Made by a program: the position numbers and the translations under genes
Notes under the pieces: model-generated
What the model was told of the DNA's origin: nothing
Databases searched by the model: none
Seen by the model: the letters and a program-made list of their open reading frames with translations, nothing else
Origin: Vitrella brassicaformis CCMP3155
Lineage: Eukaryota > Protista > Chromerida
Assembly: GCA_001179505.1 (NCBI GenBank)
Contig: CDMY01000263.1
Location: 62,001 to 126,000 of the forward strand
Reading direction: 5' to 3'
Length of the DNA: 64,000 bases
Shown: positions 1-10,610 of the stretch, in pieces
Numbering within the stretch: the first letter of the stretch is position 1
Layout: every line of letters begins with the position of its first letter

Positions 1-372
1 ATGAAGGAAGATGCAGACAGACGATGCCGACCGACGGGTAGTGAGGTAGCTGATGTACGTACATATGGGCGGGGCGGTGGGCTGGGTTGTTTTTGTGTGG
101 GGCTGGCGGGAGGGACAGTGACAGACAGCCACGGGTGGGGTGGGTCGGGCCGTAGAATGAATGAATGAATGAATCATGCAGGGAAGACTGGATGGATACA
201 TACCTGCCTCTCGGCGAGACAGGCTGTGTTTTCTTGTCACTCACTGGCAGAAAGTCGGTATGTATGGTTGCACGTGGTCTCCGTGCGTGGACGTCTGTCT
301 GTCTGACTGTCTGTCTGTCTGTCCGTCTGTCTGTCTGCCCGTGTGTCGGTCGCTGTGTCGCTGTGTTTGGTG

Positions 373-405
373 GAGTTCTTAGACACGGATAATGTCTAAG
401 AACTC
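373..405. other. Perfect 13-bp inverted repeat (hairpin) over the modelled MSH5 stop codon
   Basis: GAGTTCTTAGACA (373-385), loop CGGATAA, TGTCTAAGAACTC (393-405): exact reverse complements. Confidence 0.9.
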
Positions 406-2959
406 GCCTCCCTCATCACTCAATGCTGTGATGTGACAGCAAAACGCACACACAACAGATAGACGCCCATGCACCCATCCATCCATCGGTCATGATGTGA
501 GTGGCCACACCTGACCTGAGAATGTCGAAATCGTCTGCCATTTCGTCTTGATCTCTGCGAGAAGGGAAAGACCGTGACGCACCTGAACTCACAATACACA
601 CGAACGACCAATGTACAATCCACCAACCCACCACCCTTGATGCTGTGCATTAGCGGGCCATCGCCCTCGCCCTCACTTCTCATGAGATGGTGTGGGCCCC
701 TGCGCTGCTTGTCGTTCGTGTCGGGTGAGCTGTGCCTGGCATAATGCTGCTGGCTGCCCGGCACATGATCTTGCCGCCGCACCCCATGCTGGGGCTCGGG
801 CTGCTGCTGCTGCTGCTGCTGCGCGACGGGTGGGGGGCCCATGGTGCGGCGCTGCTGGTAGCTCGACTGTGGCTGTGGCTGTGCTTCCATGGCATCGTCA
901 TCGCCACTGCCCGTGTGGTTGTGGTCGACAGAAACCGGTCTGGTGCCAATGGGTGTGGGATTGCCGGCAGGATGCAGCAAGGAGGAGGCCTTCTCGTCAC
1001 TGCTCATGGGGTGATCGTGGCTCTCGTCGCTTCTTTTCTTGTGCGATGATGTGCGGGGCGACTGCAGGTCATCATCGGGCATCTCGCTGTCGGCCGCCAC
1101 CGATGGACATGCCGCCATGGCAGCCTCGCGGATCACCTGCTTGACCGATGACATGTCCTGGATACGGAGAGACACACAGGGCAGGGGAGTGGAGACACTG
1201 CTTGCCTTGCCAGTGGCTTGGAGGGTGATGATAAAGTGGGTGCATAGCATACGGGCAGCTTTGTGAAGTCTGTGTCGCGGAATGTCTTGACAAGGTTGTT
1301 GTACACCTGGGCCCTGCAGGCCAGGCAGACACGCACATGCACATGCAGAAGCAAGATTAACGCTCCATTTCGTTTGTTGGGCTGTGTGTGTGTGTGCGTA
1401 CCTCACCTTCGTTTCTGTTGCTGGACGAGTTCGGGCTGTTGCTCTTGGCCAAGTCGCTTGATGGGCCGGCCGCAGAGAAAAGATTCCTTGATCTCACGAG
1501 CCCTGACACACACAGGCAGCCCTGTTGTGTTGTGAGGTGGCCTGTCTGTCCGTCTCCTTGCCTGATTATGGCAGCAGAGGAGATGCCCTCACGCTCGGCA
1601 CACAACAAACCCTGACACACACACACAGATGTGCAATGCACCCACCATTCAGGGAACCTGTGTCTCGTGTGCGTGCATACCAGTGATGTGGATGCTTCCT
1701 CTGTCCATGGTTTCAGGTCGAAGAGGAACACACAGTCGCTGCGCTGCTCGTCGCAGTGCACTCGCATCGCATACACACGAAGGAACGACGGCAGCGGCTC
1801 ACCCAACTGCAGAATGGATTGCACAAAGGATGCACTGTCTGGGTGACACTGGTGGCATCACGCCCATACACCCCACCAGTTTCTGCTTGAGAATCTCGTG
1901 GTAGTGCGATGTGGCCAACACCTTCAGACTGGTTGCAGACAGCTCTTGCTGCACAGACACACGCGCACAAATAAACACCAGACACCAACAATGTGCAACG
2001 GGGTCGCCTGGCGTCCGGTAGGCACACACATACATCGAGTGTGGATGCGATCGAGCAGAGGTGTGACAGGACGCCCGCTAGCAGTGCGATGCCGTCGATG
2101 CTCGAAGTGCCCTTCCCAAACTCATCCAACAACAGCAGAGAGCGATCTGAGTAATGGGACACAGGACCGGGTGTCAGGTTTTCCTCTGCGCGTGTCTGAC
2201 TGAGTGAACAAATGGATTACTTGTGCAGTGGTGGAGTGCGAAGGACAGCTGAGTGACATCGATGCCGAACGACGAGCCCTCCACAGACGCTGCCATTCGC
2301 CAGCCAGGAGATGCGGGTGTCTGCCCATGAGTGTGTGCCTCACCTACCGCTCTCGAGGCTCTGCAGCCTCGTCAGTATCTTGTCACAGTAGCCTATGACA
2401 GCCCTCTGCTCGCAGCCAAGGCGAGACACAGCAACAGTAATGAGTCGAGCTGGTATGTAGGGCTGCGCATACTGACCTTCGCCGGCACGAAGGACCCGAT
2501 GTGCTGCACGCACAAAGGGAGGGATACATGACGAGTGGGACGGCTGTGTGTGTGCCGTGTCCTCTCTGTTTTCCTACCGCCAGGAATGTGATAATGCCGA
2601 CCATCTTGATGTACACCTGCTCGTACAGGAATACAAATGCGTCGATATGCCATCACCATCATGAACGCGCGGGTGGCATCTACCGTTTTGCCTGATGCAT
2701 TCGGCCCGAGCAGCAGATAAACGAGACCTCCATGGTTGGCCAAATCGGCACAATCCACACTGGAAAAGGAAATGAAGAAGGAGATTGAGTATATGGGTGT
2801 CTGTCTGTCTGTCTGTCAGCTGTGCCCCCAGCCCACCCGTATTTGTTGAGCAGCTCTTGTGTGACTTCACCGCCCATGATGCAGTCGTTGGGCACCACAG
2901 ATGACGTGTTCACCAGCTCCTGCAGCCATATGCACACAGCCGAAAGCTCTACAGCTATT

Positions 2960-3003
<44 letters not shown>

Positions 3004-6000
3004 GCACCAGCAGGGGATGTCTGCCTTTGTCGATGACAATGATGTTGTCGTTGGTCATGACAGGCCTGTGATGACATCCGCACACACCCACACCCTCAGT
3101 ACACGTGTGAGTGAGACGAGCGCAAAGGACCGTCTCCAGTTGAATGTTTTGGCGACTTTCGAGAGGGCTAACAAACAGTCCAGACTGCACACCAAACCTG
3201 ACGGAGACACAGGATGGCCTGTGCATCCACGTACGCTATCCATTAATTATTGCTGGGGGCTGCGCGCACTGTTGACGTCTGCGAGTTGGCTTGTGAGAGG
3301 CAGGATCTTGTTTTGCAGATCTCTTGCCAGTTCGAACTCGACCTCCCCCAACTTGCTGTGCAGGTCTCCGAAGTACGCGTCCAGCTCACGAGTGCGGCCG
3401 TTCTGCACGGAACACACAGCCAGATGGGGACGGGACCCTCGTGTGTGTGTGCGTGTGTGCGCGTGTTTGTGTGTGGCCAGCAAGTAAGTCACTCTGAAAT
3501 GCGTCTTGCCTCCGTCCGTGTACACATACTGCCAGCTGCAATGGAAAGAAAGGTGGGCCGGTGTCTGCCCGTCCGTGAGTTCGGTACCAGTCAGGGTGGC
3601 CTTCGGGCAGGGATACAGGTGGGTCGGTGGTGACTGCTGCACTGCTGCTGCTGTCGTTGCCCTCATTCTCAGCGGGGACAGGAGGGCTCACCTCCATCAG
3701 AAACCCTTTGACACGCAAACACATGCACACGCAAGTATGTCACAGAAGGATGTGAGCAAGCGTGGACATGTATATGTATCGTACTACCCACCCAGATGCG
3801 GGCTCCAGATCACGTCGAGTGAGGATGGCATGTAGACAAGTGCATTGGAATGCTCGCCTACTAGTCGCTCCTTTTCGCGGTTGCCGAGGATGTCCATGAA
3901 CTGATCGATAAATGCGTTAAGTGAACCTCTCTCTCTTCAGTCATGTTTGTGTCGCTTGTCTGTGCAATTCGTACCTCCTCCATGCCGTCAACAGCACGTA
4001 CGAGATCGTCATACTTCTCAGATATCCCACTGAGGGCCACAAGAGGGAAACAGGGACGCATCGGTGGGAGATGTGTGCGTCATCCTTGCACGCAAACATA
4101 CCTGTTGAATGAGAGTCGCCCCTTCTTTGCGCTGTCTTGCAGGTCGATGGTGCCGGATATGATCCCCTCAACAAACCTGAACAACACACCAGCCCACGAG
4201 CAGCGCCATGAACCACCGAGCCTCGCTTCCATTCTGTGGTCATATTGTATGTACGATATCAACTCGGTGTGCCTGCAGATCTGACAAGGGGAGGGAGGGA
4301 GGGAGGGAGACGCATTGATGTATGTGTGCAGGTGTTTTGTCGTGCACAGGTGTGCTGACGTCTCTGAGAATGGGAACTTTGCGCATCAAATGCGGGAAAG
4401 CGCTGATCGCCCTGTGGATCTGCTGCACGTGACCTGGCCAAGAGAGAGAGAGACGTGGATACAGGTATGTATCAGCCCTCACGAGGGCGTGCGTGACTTG
4501 TGTACGTACATGCGAAGTTGTAGAGGATGCGATGGTCCGCCAGCTTGGGCTGAAACGTCGAAAACCTGCCAACGACATCGGCATTGTTGGTGTCTTCGCG
4601 TTGCCGGTGGGTGAGGTGAGCACCTAGCGAGTGTGCGTGAAATATCCCTGAGCGGGCGGATGTTGTTGAGCATTTCTTGGTTGAGCTCCTGCGCGTTGGC
4701 AGCCAGGAACGCCTCAATCGCCGATGCACGAGTGCTGATCTCGAGGTCATTGCGGCTCGGCTATTGCAAGCACAACACACCACACACTGAAAGACCAGTT
4801 GCGATGAATTGCACATGCTGGCCAAAACCACCTTGAGGAACCACTCCTTCATCTTGGCCTTGCCGCCTGCGAATGCGCAGTAGCTGGAGCAGAGTGCGAA
4901 CAAAGACAAACCCTCCTTGGCCCGGCCTCTGCCCTTGATCTGGGACGGCTGCACACACACACAGATGGGGGTCGTTCATGTGTGTGTGTGTTTGGTGTTC
5001 GTTGATCGGCTGACGTGTCGCTCCTCATCGAACAGCTGAAGGGCTTTGTGTGTTTGCTGGTCGACGAACAGCGTAGAGTCGAATGAGAACGACCTCACCT
5101 TCGTCACCAACGGCATGCCAATCTCTGGAACACACACAACACCAACCACAGACCGTCAACCCTCATCATATGCCCGGATCCTCTCTCTGTATTCATGTGC
5201 ACACCGACCGTCCAGTTCGGCGTTGATGCGATGTCGCGACATGAAGTTGAGGAGCCCACCGGCTGCCCGCACCGCCTCAGTCTGCGAGAGGTCGATGAGG
5301 CCCTCCAGCGCCAGCTTCCGCTGCTGGGAAGTCGAATCTAGCCGACACATGACATACATACGTGACCCACCGCGCACCGCACCGCACCGCACAGAACCCC
5401 CATCAATGACACTGCGGTGTGCACGGCATATGGCGTGTGCATGGATGGGTACCTCTGCCCATCTTGAGGCATGAGAGCCCGAGAGAGTTGACGGCATTGA
5501 TGTCTGCCAGGACAAATAGACAGACAGACAGACAGACAGACAGGTGCCTGCTGCCTGCTCATTCATTCATTCATTCATTCATTGTGCGTGTGAGTTGACC
5601 TACAGGAGAAGTCAGCGGATTTGGAAACGAAGACCTTGAGCGAGTCCTCAGTGGTGGCCACGTCGCCGTCCATGACTGCATGAGCAACCAACCCAAATAA
5701 ACCAGACCCGTCAACGCGCTGTCGCCTGTATGTGTTTCGGTCACTGACGAGGCTCTCTGGCTGCTTCCACCACCTCAGGGTCCGTTTTGGTCGGGACTGA
5801 TTCATTGATGACAGGCAAGCACAAACAAAACAAAACAAAGCAAAGCAAGGCAAGCATGGGGTGTCGAGGTGTGCTTGCCTTGCTTTGTTTGTGCTTTGCT
5901 TGAGTACTTACTGGAGATGGAGCAGGGCATCGGGTCTTGTCCGTCAGAGAGCAGCATGACCTTCAACGCTCGAAGCAAGTCACCCTTGACATGGTGACCC

Positions 6001-6550
6001 TCGGCAAGATTTAGAACGCCATCGTTGGTGAACAAGTAGGCCACGCTGCACAATCAATACACACGGACGAGAGATGGATGAATGAAACAGAGAGGAACGG
6101 TATGCATGAGCTGGCTGGAGATATGGTGTGGTGCCGTCAGTCAATCAATCAATCAGCGTCCGTCCATCAATGCATTACATACCCGAGCATCCCTCGCTGG
6201 TTGCCGCAGCAGGCGATGACCAGCTCACCGGGCTGATCCTCGATGTCGGCATTGAGTCCCTCAGCCTCACCAGCACCGCCCTCCTCCCCCACTCCGCCCG
6301 TCAGAGGCACCATCGGGCTGGACGCCCTCGACGTCTGCCGCTGCCGCTTGGGCGCCTGGCCATCGGCTGACTGTTGTGCCTCGGCCGTTGCGTGGTGCGA
6401 TGAGAGGCCGCCGCTCTCTCTGACCGTGTGATCGCGAGGCCGGGGGGGGAGGGCTGGTGTGACGGTCGGCGGGATGTGCGATGATCTCACCCCGCCATGG
6501 GGTGTGCCGGTGCCGCGGGGAGTCGCCGACACGCTGCCGCCAAGTAACAT
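379..6550 (-). CDS. MSH5: MutS homolog 5 (meiotic MutS-gamma subunit), multi-exon
   Basis: Spliced exons give the Walker A region LLGPNASGK|SVYIKMVGIITFLA|HIGSFVPA, Walker B SLLLLDEFGKGTSSIDGIALL (DEFGKGT is typical of MSH5), ATSHYHEIL, and N-terminal LIDLSQTEAVRAAGGLLNFM. ATG at 6550. The stop at 379-381 (…FLDIIRV*) depends on two small hand-modelled terminal exons, so the 3' end is less certain. Confidence 0.85.
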
Positions 6551-6760
6551 GATTTAGCCACCGCTGAACGACAAACCCATCAAAGCCCACCGCTGCGTGT
6601 GATTAATCTGGTAAATGGTGAAGTCGAGCGTTTCACGGAAAAAGATCCGGACGCGCGTAACGGCGTTCCGGATCTTTCCGGATCCTCCCGTTCATTCATC
6701 GGATCTCCTGGGAGTCCGCCCTCCTCCCCAGGTCTGTCGTGTGTGAGTGCACCGGCCGTC
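6551..6760. promoter_or_regulatory. Putative 210-bp bidirectional promoter (MSH5 / repeat polyprotein) containing an inverted repeat
   Basis: Divergent ATGs at 6550 (-) and 6761 (+). AAAGATCCGGA (6641-6651) pairs with TCCGGATCTTT (6667-6677), followed by further CGGATC copies. Promoter function is inferred from position only. Confidence 0.55.
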
Positions 6761-8602
6761 ATGAAGGTCTTCGCCTGCGTTGCCCTGGGCCTGCTGGCCT
6801 TCGCATGTGCCCTCCCGGTAAGATCTGAGTGCATGAACGACACAGCGAGTGCCTGCACCCCCGCCCTGCGTGGATGGGTGTGGGGCCATGAATTTGAATG
6901 TGTGGGGTGCATCTCCCAACGCGTGTGCCCTGCCTGGTGTGTTGTGTGCTCCAGGAGGAAGAGCCGGCCAGGGAGCTCACGGAGACAGCCGCCGAGGACC
7001 TGACTGACGTGGTCAGAAGAACACTTCACTGTTTGTCAGACAAAGAGGCCTCACAGTGCACACGTCACACGTCTTCGTTGCGTTGGATCTTCGAATGAAT
7101 ATGCAGGCGGCCGATGACACGATCATGACGGCAGATGGTCAGCAACCGACGGCACGCTCTGCCCACATCCATCCCATCCGTATGTTCTTGGTATGTCTTG
7201 TGTGTGGTGCAGATGCCGACGCGCGTGAGCTCGGCAGGGGTCACGGCTCTTCCTCTTATTACGGCAAGAAGGCGCCACCCCCACCAAAGAAGGTCACCAC
7301 CACGCCCGCGCCCAAGAAGGAGCCGCCACCCAAGAAGGAGACCCCGCCGCCCAAGAAGACCCCGACTCACACCAAGAAGAGCTACTCGTACGGCGGCAAG
7401 AAGGGCGGATACAGGGAACTCGAGGAGGAGGATGTGACTGACGGTACGTACGTGTATCATGGCACACACATTGCACGGTTGACGGCCCGCCCGCCCGCAC
7501 ACACATGGATGGATGGATGGATGGATGGCGTGACACTCATTGTTCACTCTCCCCCTCTCTCTGTCTCTGTCTGTGTCTGTCTGTCTGTCTGTGTGGTGCA
7601 GATGCCGACGCGCGTGAGCTCGGCAGGGGTCACGGCTCTTCCTCTTATTACGGCAAGAANNNNNNNNNNNNNNNNNNNNNNNNNNNNNNNNNNNNNNNNN
7701 NNNNNNNNNNNNNNNNNNNNNNNNNNNNNNNNNNNNNNNNNNNNNNNNNNNNNNNNNNNNNNNNNNNNNNNNNNNNNNNNNNNNNNNNNNNNNNNNNNNN
7801 NNNNNNNNNNNNNNNNNNNNNNNNNNNNNNNNNNNNNNNNNNNNNNNNNNNNNNNNNNNNNNNNNNNNNNNNNNNNNNNNNNNNNNNNNNNNNNNNNNNN
7901 NNNNNNNNNNNNNNNNNNNNNNNNNNNNNNNNNNNNNNNNNNNNNNNNNNNNNNNNNNNTCTGTCTTGTCTGTCTGTCTGTGTGTGGTGCAGATGCCGAC
8001 GCGCGTGAGCTCGGCAGGGGTCACGGCTCTTCCTCTTATTACGGCAAGAAGGCGCCACCCCCACCAAAGAAGGTCACCACCACGCCCGCGCCCAAGAAGG
8101 AGCCGCCACCCAAGAAGGAGACCCCGCCGCCCAAGAAGACCCCGACTCACACCAAGAAGAGCTACTCGTACGGCGGCAAGAAGGGCGGATACAGGGAACT
8201 CGAGGAGGAGGATGTGACTGACGGTACGTACGTGTATCATGGCACACACATTGCACGGTTGACGGCCCGCCCGCCCGCACACACATGGATGGATGGATGG
8301 ATGGATGGCGTGACACTCATTGTTCACTCTCCCCCTCTCTCTGTCTCTGTCTGTGTCTGTCTGTCTGTCTGTGTGGTGCAGATGCCGACGCGCGTGAGCT
8401 CGGCAGGGGTCACGGCTCTTCCTCTTATTACGGCAAGAAGGCGCCACCCCCACCAAAGAAGGTCACCACCACGCCCGCGCCCAAGAAGGAGCCGCCACCC
8501 AAGAAGGAGACCCCGCCGCCCAAGAAGACCCCGACTCACACCAAGAAGAGCTACTCGTACGGCGGCAAGAAGGGCGGATACAGGGCGCTGAGGGGGGACT
8601 GA
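6761..8602 (+). CDS. Secreted Lys/Pro/Tyr-rich tandem-repeat polyprotein with RxL sites (silaffin/extensin-like)
   Basis: Exons 6761-6817 (MKVFACVALGLLAFACALP, signal-peptide-like), 6955-7011 (EEEPARELTETAAEDLTDV), 7107-7137, 7213-7443, 7602-(gap), 7993-8223 and 8382-8602. All boundaries are GT-AG and phase-compatible. The repeat exon encodes DADARELGRGHGSSSYYGKKAPPPPKKVTTTPAPKKEPPPKKETPPPKKTPTHTKKSYSYGGKKGGYRELEEEDVTD. Confidence 0.85.
7213..8585 (+). repeat. Tandem array of 389-bp exon+intron units (at least 4 copies, one interrupted by an N gap)
   Basis: Exon starts at 7213, 7602, 7993 and 8382. The unit is a 231-nt exon plus a 158-nt intron; introns 7444-7601 and 8224-8381 read identically. 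Confidence 0.95.
7660..7959. other. Assembly gap (300 N) inside the repeat array
   Basis: Run of N. The flanks imply 298 + 389k missing bases. Confidence 0.99.
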
Positions 8603-9330
8603 TGTCTGTTTGGCTGCGTGTCGTGTGGTGTATGTGAGTGATGTGTGCCTGCGTGCTGATGCCCAGACAGGTTGGTCCGTCAGCCAGCCAGTCGACATAG
8701 TGTCTTGCGAGCCGCTTCCTGGGCATGTCCTATGTCCTGTCCTGAGTCCTGTCATCTCATTTTTCTTTCTTACGTCACTTTGCCAGGTCACACAGCCAGC
8801 CAGACAGTGTGGGAGCGGGGACCCCTTTCTTGGAGTGGGTGACACCCGCCCTCTCAGACTCATCGTACGGATGCAAGGCAGACAGCTCATGCATGGACGC
8901 ATCCGTGGCATGCCACGGATGCGATGCTCGCGGTGCCCTGCCAGCCATCCATCTTGACTACTGACTGACCTATTTGTCGTTTTTCTTGTTTGTCTCGTTT
9001 TTATTCATCGGCCTCATGCCTGGGTGTGTTAGCGATACGGCACACAAGCGAGGGCTGGCATGCAGGGGCAGGCGAGGACGAAAAGCATCAGTGTTGTGCC
9101 ACTCGTGCTGCCTTCTGGCAGCCTCGTTTGTGCGCACTGGTGTGTGTGTGTGCGTGTGCTGATGTACGTATCGTATATCATGTACGATGGATGGATGGAC
9201 GGATGGTAAGAGTAGGTTGTCCAGCCACAGCTAGTCGGCTTGGCGTGCGTCGAGTACGGTGAGTGACTGACTGACTGACTGTGTGACTATGGTCCATGGG
9301 GGGGTCGTCGTGACGTCCTTTCCTTTTGAC

Positions 9331-9472
9331 TTTTTTGGCATGCTTGGGCAGCTGGACGGGGTTTTTTTGGCATGCTTGGGCAGCTGGACGGGGTTATGGT
9401 CAGCGACACCAGGGGTGGGATGGCAAAGACACGTATGGTCAGCGACACCAGGGGTGGGATCGCGAAGATACG
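9331..9472. repeat. Two adjacent short tandem duplications (periods 32 and 39 bp)
   Basis: TTTTTTGGCATGCTTGGGCAGCTGGACGGGGT at 9331 and 9363; TATGGTCAGCGACACCAGGGGTGGGAT at 9395 and 9434. Confidence 0.9.
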
Positions 9473-9907
9473 TATGTATGTATATCCATGGACAGACAAA
9501 CCGCACAGCCCAGTTTTAATGGACCTTATCCACTCAAAGCATGTATCCCAGACCGCCTTTTCGTGCAGCTCAAACATTCATCCTTTCCGTTCATTCATGC
9601 AGCATTTGTCACTCATCGACGCAGACTCCCACGCACACCCCAGCCCATTCGGGTCAGCGAGTGACAGCTCCATCACCCATCCCATCCATCGAGAGGAAAC
9701 ATGCAGACAGACGCACGGACAGATGAGTTAGTTGATTCAGGCAGGGGTATGCACGGTTCATGGTGTCAGGCAACAACCAGGGTGTGTCCCGCAGCAGTTT
9801 CCGGGACGACACAATGACCAGACAGACAGAAAAATCACAGAGAGCTGAAAGGCCATCCATCCCTCCACCCATTCATTAACTCACTCGTCTTATCACCTCA
9901 CTCCCCC

Positions 9908-10238
9908 NNNNNNNNNNNNNNNNNNNNNNNNNNNNNNNNNNNNNNNNNNNNNNNNNNNNNNNNNNNNNNNNNNNNNNNNNNNNNNNNNNNNNNNNNNNNN
10001 NNNNNNNNNNNNNNNNNNNNNNNNNNNNNNNNNNNNNNNNNNNNNNNNNNNNNNNNNNNNNNNNNNNNNNNNNNNNNNNNNNNNNNNNNNNNNNNNNNNN
10101 NNNNNNNNNNNNNNNNNNNNNNNNNNNNNNNNNNNNNNNNNNNNNNNNNNNNNNNNNNNNNNNNNNNNNNNNNNNNNNNNNNNNNNNNNNNNNNNNNNNN
10201 NNNNNNNCCATCCCCCCCCCCCCCCCCCCCCCCCCCCC
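9908..10238. other. Assembly gap (300 N, 9908-10207) flanked by poly-C tracts
   Basis: N run followed by a 27-C homopolymer at 10212-10238. Confidence 0.95.
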
Positions 10239-10610
10239 TTGGAAGGTCAGTCTGAAAATGATGCCCTCTCCCCTCCCTCAAAAGATTGTATCATCCGTTG
10301 GGTACATGAAGCAGCGTAAATCACACCGACCGACCACACATGGAATAAGCTAAGCTACCACCGGACAAATGCATGCCATCCATCTACATCTCATCACATA
10401 GGCTCCCAGCCCACACGGACGAACATGTGCGGCTCGGCGGGTGGCTGACTGCAGGCTAGGATCAGTTAGCACCATAACACAGCAGAGCACAGGGCCTCTA
10501 TCTATGTCTGGCTACGCTACGGACCTATCAACCCTACCGCGGTACTCTTACGTACTGCAGCCAGGCCAGGCAGTCGAGCAGACCAGTGGCGCCCGCCCCT
10601 TTTTTGTTAT

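Noticed and set aside
9331-9472. Repeat-spacer look suggesting a CRISPR array
   Set aside because: Only two copies of each of two different units, no unique spacers, no cas genes, and a eukaryotic context.
9231-9506. Minus-strand ORF with KK and KDVTTTPP resembling the polyprotein repeat
   Set aside because: The similarity is limited to a few residues, the ORF is generated by the tandem duplications, and there are no convincing splice sites or signal peptide.
7056-10281. Long ORFs in the track crossing N runs (511 aa, 463 aa etc.; likewise at 20654-21565 and 31010-32167)
   Set aside because: Their length comes from translating gaps as X and reading through introns; the real coding sequence is the spliced model.
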